Below are positions 37,284 to 46,046 of a stretch of DNA of 64,000 nucleotides, piece after piece (positions within the stretch are counted from its first letter, which is position 1; every line of letters begins with the position of its first letter). The stretch spans positions 7,747 to 71,746 of the forward strand of contig JAKPNH010000002.1 of NCBI GenBank assembly GCA_029548485.1, given 5' to 3'. The DNA comes from a bacterium. GTDB lineage: Bacteria > Patescibacteriota > Minisyncoccia > UBA6257 > Colwellbacteraceae. Position numbers and translations under genes: made by a program. Below the pieces are notes generated by a model, which saw nothing but the letters and a program-made list of their open reading frames with translations, was not told the origin of the DNA and searched no databases.

Positions 37284-37844
37284 ATGGGCTTGATCATGAT
37301 TTTGGGTCCGATGAAAAGCGGCAAATCATTCGAGATGATCAGTCGCTTTATTCATCTGAAATACACAGCCCTTCCTTATGGTCTCTTCCAGTCGTCGAGA
37401 AACGTCCGCAATGAAAATGTTTGGTCCCGGAACGGTCTGTCTCTGGAGGCGATTAAAGTCGACAATCTCGATGCATCTTTAAGGAGAAATTATCGGATTG
37501 TCGGCGTTGACGAAATACATATGTTTGCGGAAGAAGAAGTAAAAACTGTCGAGGAGTTGTTGAATCGGGGCACGGACGTCATTGTTTCCGGATTGGACAG
37601 CGATTATCGCGGTCGGATGTTTCCGATTATCCGCGGGCTTTTGGAACTCGGTCCGACGGAAGTTCATTATAAAAAAGCGGTTTGCGAAATATGCAAAAGT
37701 CCGGATGCGATTTACACGCAAATTTTCAGCGGTGAACAACCGGTTGTCGAAGGACTGCCTCCGGTGGTGCCCGATGACGGGGGATATGTTTACAAATCGG
37801 TCTGCCGTAAATGTTTTGTGCGAAAACTCGATCGGATTAGATGA
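37284..37844 (+). CDS. tdk: Thymidine kinase
   Basis: 'GPMKSGKS' P-loop. C-terminal zinc ribbon CEICK...CRKC. Confidence 0.85.
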   Translation: MGLIMILGPMKSGKSFEMISRFIHLKYTALPYGLFQSSRNVRNENVWSRNGLSLEAIKVDNLDASLRRNYRIVGVDEIHMFAEEEVKTVEELLNRGTDVIVSGLDSDYRGRMFPIIRGLLELGPTEVHYKKAVCEICKSPDAIYTQIFSGEQPVVEGLPPVVPDDGGYVYKSVCRKCFVRKLDRIR

Positions 37845-38875
37845 AATTCGAAAAAATTCTGGAACTTTACGATTACCGGTTTCCCGAAAAAGCCGTGGCC
37901 CAGTGTCCGGCGAGCCCCAGGGACAGCGCCAAGCTTTTGGTTTACGACCGGAAAACTAAAAAAACCTTTTTCGATGTTTTCCGGAATCTCGGCGATCATC
38001 TCCCTTTGAAAGCGGTTCTGGTTTTCAACGAAACCAAGGTGGTTCCGGCGCGGATCTGGGCCAAGAAATCGACCGGCGGAAAGATCCAGCTGCTTTACGT
38101 GGGAGAGGAAAAAGGAAAGCTTCGATTCATGGTCGACCGCAAAATCCGTCCGGGAGAGAAAATATTTCTGGATAGCCGGAACTTTTTGACTTTTGCGGGC
38201 CAGAAAGAAGGAGTTTGGCTTTTCGAACCGTCTTTTCCGGCGCGAAACATTTTCGGCGTTCTGGAGAAATTCGGAGAAACGCCGATCCCCCCGTATATCA
38301 AGCATTCGCCTTTGAAAGAGTCCGAGCTCAAGGAAAAGTACCAGGCGGTTTTCGCGAAAATCCGGGGTTCGGTGGCCGCCCCCACTGCTTCGCTCCATTT
38401 TACGAAGAGATTGATGTCGAAACTAGAAAAATCCGGCTTTGACCTGAAATTCATCGTTCTCCACGTCAACCTTGGAACTTTCGCCAAGCTGACGCCGAAG
38501 CAAATAGAACACTCGAAACTCCACGAAGAGTTTTACGAGATAGATCCGGAAACGGCGGAATTCCTGAATAAAGCCAAAAAAGAAGGCCGGCCGATCGTCA
38601 GCGTCGGTACGACCGTCGCCCGTACGCTCGAATCGGCGAGCGACGCCAAGGGAAGCCTCGTCAAGTTGTCCGGGAAAACGAGTCTTTTCATCAAAGAAGG
38701 ATATCGGTTCAGATTCGTCGACGGCCTCGTCACCAATTTCCACGTGCCGCAATCGAGCCTTTTGATGCTCGTTTCCGCTTTCGCCGGAAGAAAACGGATC
38801 CTCGATTTGTACCGGAAAGCGATCGCCAAAGGATTCAAGATATTCTCTTTCGGAGACGGAATGCTTTTGAAATAA
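37841..38875 (+). CDS. queA: S-adenosylmethionine:tRNA ribosyltransferase-isomerase
   Basis: 'LELYDYRFPEKAVAQCPASPRDSAKLLV' N-terminal QueA signature. Confidence 0.9.
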   Translation: MKFEKILELYDYRFPEKAVAQCPASPRDSAKLLVYDRKTKKTFFDVFRNLGDHLPLKAVLVFNETKVVPARIWAKKSTGGKIQLLYVGEEKGKLRFMVDRKIRPGEKIFLDSRNFLTFAGQKEGVWLFEPSFPARNIFGVLEKFGETPIPPYIKHSPLKESELKEKYQAVFAKIRGSVAAPTASLHFTKRLMSKLEKSGFDLKFIVLHVNLGTFAKLTPKQIEHSKLHEEFYEIDPETAEFLNKAKKEGRPIVSVGTTVARTLESASDAKGSLVKLSGKTSLFIKEGYRFRFVDGLVTNFHVPQSSLLMLVSAFAGRKRILDLYRKAIAKGFKIFSFGDGMLLK

Positions 38876-38917
38876 CTTGATTCCAGCCGGTTTTGATGAT
38901 AATGATTCGTTTAGTTC

Positions 38918-39271
38918 TTGATAAAGGAGGCGAAATCCTTGAAGTTGTTCTTCCTTTTGATGTTATTGACGGGAACGATCGCCGGCCTCGCGGAAAAATG
39001 CGCGGAGCTCAAAAACAGGGAGCCCTTGAGAACGATCGCTCCCGTGATCGTCGTTTTTCCGCTCGTGATAGCGATAGTGAAAATGTTTCCGGAGGCGACA
39101 ACCGATATGGCCGCACCCGACACTTGGCCGGGTTGGATCGCTTCTCTCGCAGTCAGCCTCGCGGGCAATTTCTGGGCGAGCCGCGTTTGCCCCGAATGGC
39201 ATTTCGATCCGATCGGTTGGGCGAGAGAGCTCGCGAAACGCGTCAAATCGAAAATATCCCGCAAGCGTTGA
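38918..39271 (+). CDS. Hypothetical membrane or secreted protein
   Basis: Only protein-like frame between queA and rsmE. The overlapping track ORF 38893.. is Arg-rich junk upstream of the rsmE start. Confidence 0.3.
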   Translation: MIKEAKSLKLFFLLMLLTGTIAGLAEKCAELKNREPLRTIAPVIVVFPLVIAIVKMFPEATTDMAAPDTWPGWIASLAVSLAGNFWASRVCPEWHFDPIGWARELAKRVKSKISRKR

Positions 39272-39357
39272 TACGGACGGAGCCAAAAACTCCGTCTTTT
39301 TTACGACGATTGCCGGTTCAAATAAGACGCGTTAAGCTTAAAATAATTCAAACTTAT

Positions 39358-40065
39358 ATGAAACAGCATCGATTCATCGGCGATTTCGCGCCCGAAGGAA
39401 ATTACCTGGAGATCCGGGACGAAGAACTCATAAATCAGATGAGAAGCGTCCTCAAGTTAAAGCCCGGAGAAGAAGTGATCTTGGCCGACGGCCGAGGCTC
39501 GGAACTCACGGCGACGATCAAGTCTTTCCATCCGAAATTCATCGCTTTGACAGTCGGAGAAAAAAGACAAAACTCGAATGATCCGGCCGCGGCCGTTATT
39601 TTGTACTGCTCTTTGCTCAAAAAAGAGAATTTCGAATGGGTGGCGGAAAAAGCGACCGAAACCGGGGCGCGGGGAATCGTTCCCGTGATTTCCGACCGGA
39701 CGGTCAAGCTAAATCTGAACATCGGCCGTTTGCGGAAAATAGTCAAAGAGGCGGCCGAGCAGTCCGGCCGCGGATTCTTGCCCGAAGTTTCGGAAATCAT
39801 CGGTTTCGACGAAGCGGTGGAACAGTCCAAAGACAACGAGCTCAATATTTTTTTCGATCCCAAAGGAAAAGCGTTCGAGAAACCCCAGTGGTTTTCGATG
39901 TACGGAGAAAAACGGATAGGCGTTTTCATCGGTCCGGAAGGAGGCTGGACCGATAGGGAAATCGCGGCCGCCGCAGCCAACGATTTCCAAATCGTTTCTT
40001 TGGGAAAACTTGTTCTGCGGGCGGAAACAGCGGCCATCGTCGCCGTTTATCTCGCGGCTCACTGA
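39358..40065 (+). CDS. rsmE: 16S rRNA m3U1498 methyltransferase RsmE
   Basis: Start MKQHRFIGDF. SPOUT fold with 'GPEGGWTDREI' motif. Confidence 0.85.
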   Translation: MKQHRFIGDFAPEGNYLEIRDEELINQMRSVLKLKPGEEVILADGRGSELTATIKSFHPKFIALTVGEKRQNSNDPAAAVILYCSLLKKENFEWVAEKATETGARGIVPVISDRTVKLNLNIGRLRKIVKEAAEQSGRGFLPEVSEIIGFDEAVEQSKDNELNIFFDPKGKAFEKPQWFSMYGEKRIGVFIGPEGGWTDREIAAAAANDFQIVSLGKLVLRAETAAIVAVYLAAH

Positions 40066-40104
40066 TTTTACAAAAAAAAGAGAGCGGCCAAAGCCGCCCT
40101 TTAA

Positions 40105-40467
40105 TCAACCATCTCCCGCTGCCACCAAGACATCTATCCGGAAAGATCTTTGGTAGCACGATCTATCGATGGTGTAGCCGTTTTTCTCGATCCAGGCAAG
40201 GACGCGTTTCTGTTCTTCGGGAGAATTGCCCCAGATATAACCGGGGCTCTTGTGCGCTTTTGTTTCGCATTCCCGGCATCGGAGCCGGCAGAAATCTATG
40301 AGGTCGAGCGCTTTTTCTCCTTTGAGGCTCCTGAACATCTGGATTCTTTTCAGGGCGCCGCGCGGAAGAACGTGGTGACCGATGAGTTCTTTGTCGGTCG
40401 CTCCGCAATCTTCGCAGCGATGCCCTTTTAGAGAAGTCCTCCTGTCGACTACCAAGCTCCAGTACAA
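40105..40467 (-). CDS. Free-standing HNH endonuclease
   Basis: 'HRCEDCG...ELIGHHVLPRG...CRLRCRECETKAH' HNH/zinc-finger pattern. Confidence 0.6.
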   Translation of the reverse strand: MYWSLVVDRRTSLKGHRCEDCGATDKELIGHHVLPRGALKRIQMFRSLKGEKALDLIDFCRLRCRECETKAHKSPGYIWGNSPEEQKRVLAWIEKNGYTIDRSCYQRSFRIDVLVAAGDG

Positions 40468-40628
40468 TCTTTGGATTCTCCATGAGCTGTCTTTGGTAAT
40501 CGCCTCCCTGCGGGACGATTAAGGTTCTGTTTCCATTATAGCCCGATTACCGCTTTAGCTGCACAAGTGGATAACTCCGGCGTTTGCCGTATCGGAAAAC
40601 AAAAGGTAAAATGAATCAAACCACATAT

Positions 40629-40760
40629 TTATCAAGAGAACGGCGAGAGTCCTGGCTCTACGACCCGTCGACAACTTGCCGGAGTTCGGCAAAGTGCCAA
40701 ATCCAGCCCTTCGAGGGAAGATAAACTTTAGCCAAAAGCCTTCTCGCGAGGCTGTTTATT
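40629..40760 (+). promoter_or_regulatory. SAM-I (S-box) riboswitch in the metK leader
   Basis: 'TTATCAAGAGAACGGCGAGAGTCCTGGCTC...AGTGCCAAATCCAGCCC...GGGAAGATAAAC' matches S-box conserved blocks. Terminator-like hairpin AGCCT-tctcgcg-AGGCT plus a T-run sits just before the ATG. Confidence 0.7.
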
Positions 40761-40766
40761 TTTATC

Positions 40767-41828
40767 ATGCCAAAAGAATTTTCCGTTTATTCGGTAGAAA
40801 GCGTCACCTCCGGCCATCCGGACAAAATTTGCGACCAGATATCCGACGCCATTCTTGACGAATGCCTCAGAGAAGACCCCGAAAGCCGCGTGGCCGTCGA
40901 ATCTTTCGGCGGACACGGTTTGATCGTCGTCGGCGGAGAAGTGACGAGCAAAGCGAAAGTCGATTACAAAAAAATCGCGCTCGAAGTATATCGCGGCATA
41001 GGTTACGAGGATGATCCGGAAGTGATCGTGAATATCGTCACCCAGTCTTCGGACATCGCCTTGGGCGTGGACACGGGCGGCGCCGGAGACCAGGGAATAA
41101 TGTACGGCTATGCCACCGACGAAACCCCGGAATTCTTGCCGAAAGGAGTGGTCCTGGCCCACAAACTTACCTTTGGCCTGGAAAGAATGAGGAAATCCGC
41201 GGAAGTCGGATGGCTCTTGCCGGACGGCAAAGCCCAGGTGACGATTTCTTCCGGCGAGACCACGGCCGTTTTGGTGAGCGCGAGCCACCAGGAAAGCGTT
41301 TCTCACGAAGAAATCCGGCAAACGCTTAAAAACAAACTGATCATTCCGATTGTCGGCGACATTCCCGACGAGCGCATACTGGTCAATCCGACCGGGAAAT
41401 TCGTCAAAGCCGGATTCGAGGCCGACACCGGGCTGACCGGCCGGAAAATCATGGTCGATACCTACGGCGGCGTCATGCCGCACGGCGGAGGATGCTTTTC
41501 CGGAAAAGACGCCACCAAAGTCGACAGGTCGGCCGCGTACATGTGCCGTTTTGCGGCCAAGAACATCGTCGCCGCCGGGCTTTCCCGGAATTGCGTCGTT
41601 TCCGTGGCTTACGCCATCGGCCGGGCCGAACCCTTGATGCTCGAAGCGACCGGAGACGACGATAAAGACCTGACGGAGGTTTTGAAGCGTCATTTCGATT
41701 TCCGTCCGAGGGCGATCATCGAGAGGCTTGGCCTTAAAAAGCCGATTTACCGCGAGACGTCCGTCTACGGGCATTTCGGAAAAGAAAATCTGCCGTGGGA
41801 GCGGATTATCGATTTGGATCGATTGTGA
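40767..41828 (+). CDS. metK: S-adenosylmethionine synthetase
   Basis: 'ESVTSGHPDKICDQISDAILD', 'GAGDQGIMYGYA' and 'GGGCFSGKDATKVDRSAAY' signatures. Confidence 0.9.
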   Translation: MPKEFSVYSVESVTSGHPDKICDQISDAILDECLREDPESRVAVESFGGHGLIVVGGEVTSKAKVDYKKIALEVYRGIGYEDDPEVIVNIVTQSSDIALGVDTGGAGDQGIMYGYATDETPEFLPKGVVLAHKLTFGLERMRKSAEVGWLLPDGKAQVTISSGETTAVLVSASHQESVSHEEIRQTLKNKLIIPIVGDIPDERILVNPTGKFVKAGFEADTGLTGRKIMVDTYGGVMPHGGGCFSGKDATKVDRSAAYMCRFAAKNIVAAGLSRNCVVSVAYAIGRAEPLMLEATGDDDKDLTEVLKRHFDFRPRAIIERLGLKKPIYRETSVYGHFGKENLPWERIIDLDRL

Positions 41829-41933
41829 TATAATTATTTCATAGAGCCTTGCTTATTTTCTGCGATGATTTTCTCGAGCGGCGATTGGTTCACCGGCTCG
41901 CTTTATAAAAGGTCGCAATAAAAAAATCAATCA

Positions 41934-42194
41934 ATGGCAGTCGTCAAAAAGAAAATCTGGCCGCAGTATTTCGAACTGGTCAATTCCGGCAAGAAAAGAT
42001 TCGAACTCCGCTTGGCTGATTTCAAGATCAAAGAAGGCGATACCCTGGTGCTCGAGGAATGGGATCCCCAGCAAAAGAGGTTGACCGGCCGGAAAATCAC
42101 CAAGAAGGTCACTTATGTTTTGAAGTTCGATTTGGACGATTTCGGGCAGAAAAAGGAAATTTTGAAAGACGGGCTGTACGCGATCCAGTTTTGA
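41934..42194 (+). CDS. DUF3850/ASCH-like small protein
   Basis: 'KIWPQYFELVNSGKKRFELRLADFKIKEGDTLVLEEWD...TGRKI'. Confidence 0.5.
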   Translation: MAVVKKKIWPQYFELVNSGKKRFELRLADFKIKEGDTLVLEEWDPQQKRLTGRKITKKVTYVLKFDLDDFGQKKEILKDGLYAIQF

Positions 42195-42238
42195 CGCCTG
42201 CCGGCCGCAAGCGAAGTTCGCTTTCGGCTTTGCAATCC

Positions 42239-42619
42239 ATGCAAAAAAACATCATTTGGGTAATCGTCGTCATTGTCGCGGTTGTCGTAATCTATTACGC
42301 TTACGGCTTCCTGAAGAACGGTTCGTTGCCGGAGACGCCGGCGGGGACGCCTTTGACCACCGGCTCCGGAAACGCTTCCGAAGTGCTCATATCGAATTTC
42401 TCCTTCGAACCGAAGGAGCTGACGATCAGCCGGGGAACGACCGTTAGGTGGACGAATAGGGACAACGTGAATCATCCGATCGTAAGCGACGAGGGCGTGT
42501 TCCAGAGCGGCGCCCTTATGCCGGGAGGAACGTTCGAATTCGCTTTCGATTCGGCCGGAGAGTTCTCTTATTATTGCTCCGTTCATCCGTGGATGACCGG
42601 GAAAATCATCGTCGAATAA
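42239..42619 (+). CDS. Membrane-anchored cupredoxin (type-1 blue copper protein)
   Basis: Start MQKNIIWVIVVIVAVVVIYY (TM). Copper ligands H (NHPIV), C-x2-H-x2-M in 'YYCSVHPWMTGKIIV'. Confidence 0.75.
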   Translation: MQKNIIWVIVVIVAVVVIYYAYGFLKNGSLPETPAGTPLTTGSGNASEVLISNFSFEPKELTISRGTTVRWTNRDNVNHPIVSDEGVFQSGALMPGGTFEFAFDSAGEFSYYCSVHPWMTGKIIVE

Positions 42620-42634
42620 CCAGCTTCAAAAAAG

Positions 42635-43831
42635 ATGGGAAAAAACATCACCGCCGTCGCCATCATCGTTCTCGCGATCGTCCTGGTGTTAATGATCGGT
42701 TCTTATTATCGGAGCAGATTGGGTCTCGAGACTCCGTCCGGAAGCGTTTCCACGACTCCGGAGGGAATCAATCTGCCGGAAGGATTCAAGATGTCGGTTT
42801 TCGCCGAGGATCTCATTGCTCCGCGGGTCCTCGCCTTTGACCCGAATGGCGTTCTTTTGACGAGCATCACTTCGACCGGAGAAATCGTCGCCTTGCCGTC
42901 AGAAAATCCGGACGATCCGGTGGCGGAAAAAACCGTTATTCTGGCTTCGGGCCTGAACAAACCCCACGGCCTGGCGTTTTATTGCAAAGATTCCTGCAAG
43001 CTTTACGTCGCCGAGACGGACAGCGTTTCCGTCTTCGATTACGACGCCGTTAATCTTAAGCTGTCCAACAAGCAAAAGATCATCGATCTTCCGGGAGGAG
43101 GCCAGCACTTCACGAGGACCCTGCTTGTTCTGCCTTCGGATTCCGGAGACAGACTGCTCGTCGCTTTGGGTTCGGATTGCAACGTTTGTGACGAATCCGA
43201 CTGGCGGCGGGCGAGCATTTTGTCGGCCGACATGGACGGCAAAGACCTGAAGACTTTCGCTTCGGGGCTCCGCAATTCCGTTTTTATGGCTTTGGAGCCG
43301 CAAAGCGGCAAGGTTTTCGCCACCGAAAACGGACGCGACCTCTTGGGAGACGATATTCCGCCCGATGAAATCAACATCATCGAAGAAGGGAAGAATTACG
43401 GTTGGCCGATCTGCTACGGAAAGAACATCCATGACACGGACTTCGACAAGAACGTCTATATTGCCGATCCCTGTCGTGACAAAATAGCGAGCCACATCGA
43501 TATCCAGGCGCATTCCGCTCCTTTGGGGCTCGCTTTCATTCCGGACAATTGGCCGAGCGAATATCGGAACGATCTGTTCGTTTCTCTCCACGGGTCGTGG
43601 AACAGGTCGGTTCCGACCGGCTATAAAGTTACGAGATTTTCTTTGGATGCCGGCGGCCTTTATTCGGGAAGCAAGCCGGAACAAGTCGATTTTATCACCG
43701 GTTGGCTTGATGCTGACGGAAAAGTTTCGGGCAGGCCCACGGGTATCGCCTTCGATCCTTACGGCAACATGTTCGTCGCCGACGACCGGGCCGGAGTGAT
43801 TTACAAAATCGTTCCCCATTCTGACCGATGA
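42635..43831 (+). CDS. PQQ-dependent soluble sugar (glucose/sorbosone) dehydrogenase-like beta-propeller
   Basis: TM anchor, 'NKPHGLAF', 'NYGWPICYG' and 'PTGIAFDPYGNMFVADD' blades. Confidence 0.7.
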   Translation: MGKNITAVAIIVLAIVLVLMIGSYYRSRLGLETPSGSVSTTPEGINLPEGFKMSVFAEDLIAPRVLAFDPNGVLLTSITSTGEIVALPSENPDDPVAEKTVILASGLNKPHGLAFYCKDSCKLYVAETDSVSVFDYDAVNLKLSNKQKIIDLPGGGQHFTRTLLVLPSDSGDRLLVALGSDCNVCDESDWRRASILSADMDGKDLKTFASGLRNSVFMALEPQSGKVFATENGRDLLGDDIPPDEINIIEEGKNYGWPICYGKNIHDTDFDKNVYIADPCRDKIASHIDIQAHSAPLGLAFIPDNWPSEYRNDLFVSLHGSWNRSVPTGYKVTRFSLDAGGLYSGSKPEQVDFITGWLDADGKVSGRPTGIAFDPYGNMFVADDRAGVIYKIVPHSDR

Positions 43832-43856
43832 TCCGGCGCCGTTTTGAACCCTCTTA

Positions 43857-43865
43857 TGCTATAAT
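43857..43865 (+). promoter_or_regulatory. Extended -10 TGcTATAAT
   Basis: Upstream of the DUF378 gene. Confidence 0.35.
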
Positions 43866-43900
43866 TTGATCAATAAAGGTCGCTTAATAAACTTTATGTA

Positions 43901-44092
43901 ATGAAAACTTTAAGTTGGATTGCCTGGATTCTAGTGGTTATAGGCGCTATCAACTGGGGATTGTACGGTCTGTTCGGAATGAATCTGGTTATGGCGATTT
44001 TCGGTTCCATGCCGATAGTGGAAAAGGTTGTCTATATCTTGGTCGGAATCTCCGGTATCTGGATGATTTTCGACAAGATGCAAAAGTCGTAG
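43901..44092 (+). CDS. DUF378 small membrane protein
   Basis: 'INWGLYGLFGMNLV' signature. 63 aa. Confidence 0.6.
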   Translation: MKTLSWIAWILVVIGAINWGLYGLFGMNLVMAIFGSMPIVEKVVYILVGISGIWMIFDKMQKS

Positions 44093-44157
44093 TTCTGCGG
44101 CTTTTTCGAAATCCCTCGCTTCGGCGGGGGATTTTTTGGCGTTATAATGAAAAAAAC

Positions 44158-44379
44158 ATGATCGTCAAATCGAAAGTCCTAGCCGGTTCTTCCAAGGCCG
44201 GAGTCGAGCGCCGATCCGACGTTCTGATCGTCAAAACGAGATCCAAAGCCGAAGCGGGCCAAGCCAACGCCGAAGCCTTGAAGCTCCTGGCCCGGCATTT
44301 CCGGGTTCCGGTTTCGGATCTGAAGATCCTCAAAGGATCGAGGTCCAAAAACAAGATTATCAAGATCAGAGAAAGCTGA
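44158..44379 (+). CDS. DUF167 (YggU-like) protein
   Basis: Start MIVKSKVLAG.... TATAAT at 44143-44148. The track ORF 43915.. is an upstream extension through a terminator-like hairpin. Confidence 0.55.
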   Translation: MIVKSKVLAGSSKAGVERRSDVLIVKTRSKAEAGQANAEALKLLARHFRVPVSDLKILKGSRSKNKIIKIRES

Positions 44380-44476
44380 GCTGTCAGGTTGGGCCGCGGA
44401 TTTTGACTCCGCGGGCTTTTGACCCTATAAATAACTGTCGCCAGGTTTTTGAAAACCGAAGAAAGGAGGCGGTAAT

Positions 44477-45418
44477 ATGGCGCGGGATCTCGCGGCCACG
44501 GTCGCGGCCGACGTGACTAAGGTCAAAAAAGCGGCCACTGTCTTGATCGAAGAGGATGGTGGGATATTCGGCTATCGAATAACCAACGAGGCCAATATGC
44601 TTTCTTCGGCACAGGGTTTGATCGCGGTGATCGGTCCGACACCGGATTTCGACAAGGCGGTTCTTGCGGAGATAGGGATTGGGCATACAAAGCCGTACGG
44701 AGAGATGCATCATATTCGTCTCGAAGACGGCTCCGAAGCCAGGGTTTTGCGTCGGCAGACTCGTTTCCAAATGAGTCTTGAGCAGTATAACGAGGCAGCC
44801 GCTCTTATCTTTGTCGGTATGGGTCAAGTGGCGTATGAGCGAACTAAAAAATGGCGTTTTACCACTTGGACCAATGAAAAGATGTCCCATGTCCGCTCGA
44901 GCAAATCGGGACGCAAAGTGATCCGTTTCAGGAAAGATTATGAGATGGTCAAGGGCATCCGTTTCAGCGTCTTAATCGGATTTGCACCGCTCATCGCTGA
45001 TCTGCTCTGGGCCGAGAAGAGATCGTTTCGGGATTACTATGTCGGTCTCGGACAGGTGATCGATATGAGATTGGCGCCGTACCGGCGGAACGGATACAGC
45101 CGTCTCTTCAATACGCTGCTTGGAGCAAAGGATCTGATAGATATCGTCGAATCCCGCGATTTCCTTAAACCGGCTTATCGTCGCTCACAAGCGCTCGAAT
45201 TCTTGCCGAAGGGCGATCAGCATCCGCTTTATTACGAAATCGCCAAAGATGTCTTCGGTCATGATTTTTCCAAGGTCCCGGAGGAAATCCAGATCATGAA
45301 AGCCGGTCTTCCGGACCCCGAACAGAGAATCTCTCCGGAGATCTATTGCCGCGGTATAAGCACCTTTGCCGAGGCAAAGGATAATATGGTCTTTGAGGTT
45401 TCGTGGCGGCGTTCTTGA
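44477..45418 (+). CDS. Hypothetical 313-aa protein, no recognisable family
   Basis: Strong SD GAAAGGAGG 7 nt before the ATG. Soluble and charged. No motifs I can assign. Confidence 0.5.
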   Translation: MARDLAATVAADVTKVKKAATVLIEEDGGIFGYRITNEANMLSSAQGLIAVIGPTPDFDKAVLAEIGIGHTKPYGEMHHIRLEDGSEARVLRRQTRFQMSLEQYNEAAALIFVGMGQVAYERTKKWRFTTWTNEKMSHVRSSKSGRKVIRFRKDYEMVKGIRFSVLIGFAPLIADLLWAEKRSFRDYYVGLGQVIDMRLAPYRRNGYSRLFNTLLGAKDLIDIVESRDFLKPAYRRSQALEFLPKGDQHPLYYEIAKDVFGHDFSKVPEEIQIMKAGLPDPEQRISPEIYCRGISTFAEAKDNMVFEVSWRRS

Positions 45419-45467
45419 GCGCTCGACAACATTGTTGTCGGGCGCTTATTCTATCTATAATCATTCC

Positions 45468-46046
45468 ATGGAAGTTTATAAGACTTTGAACGATAAAATC
45501 GCCGCGGCCGTAAAGGCCGGCCGGATCGCCGTCATTCCGACGGACACGATTTACGGTATCGTCGGTTCGGCGCTTCGGCCGGAGACCGTGGAAAAGATCT
45601 ATCGCCTGCGGAAAAGGAACAGGACAAAGCCGATGATCATTTTGATCGGCGAGCTGAAACAGCTTTCTCTTTTCGGAATAAAACTTGATTTAGAAACAAA
45701 GAAAAAACTCGATTGTTTCTGGCCGGGAAAAACGAGCATTATTCTTCCTTGTCCCTCTGCGAAGTTCCGGTATCTCCATCGAGGCAAGCGAACTCTGGCT
45801 TTCCGTTTACCCGCTTTGAAGTCCCTGTCGAAGTTTTTACAGAAAACCGGACCGTTGGTCGCTCCGAGCGCCAATATCGAAGGAATGCCTCCGGCTCAAA
45901 ACATCGACGAAGCCAAAAAATATTTCGGCGACAAGGTCGATTTTTACGTCGACCAAGGCCGAAGGCAAGGCAAACCTTCGGCTTTGATAGATTTGTCCGG
46001 AAAAACAATTAAAGTTTTGAGGCCCGGACCGAAGAAAACATCATGA
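45468..46046 (+). CDS. tsaC: L-threonylcarbamoyladenylate synthase TsaC/YrdC
   Basis: Start MEVYKTL.... 'PTDTIYGIVGSA' and 'SANIEG' signatures. Confidence 0.8.
   Translation: MEVYKTLNDKIAAAVKAGRIAVIPTDTIYGIVGSALRPETVEKIYRLRKRNRTKPMIILIGELKQLSLFGIKLDLETKKKLDCFWPGKTSIILPCPSAKFRYLHRGKRTLAFRLPALKSLSKFLQKTGPLVAPSANIEGMPPAQNIDEAKKYFGDKVDFYVDQGRRQGKPSALIDLSGKTIKVLRPGPKKTS

Noticed and set aside
38893-39357. 5' extension of the rsmE ORF
   Set aside because: Arg-rich non-protein-like translation. RsmE begins at MKQHRF (39358).
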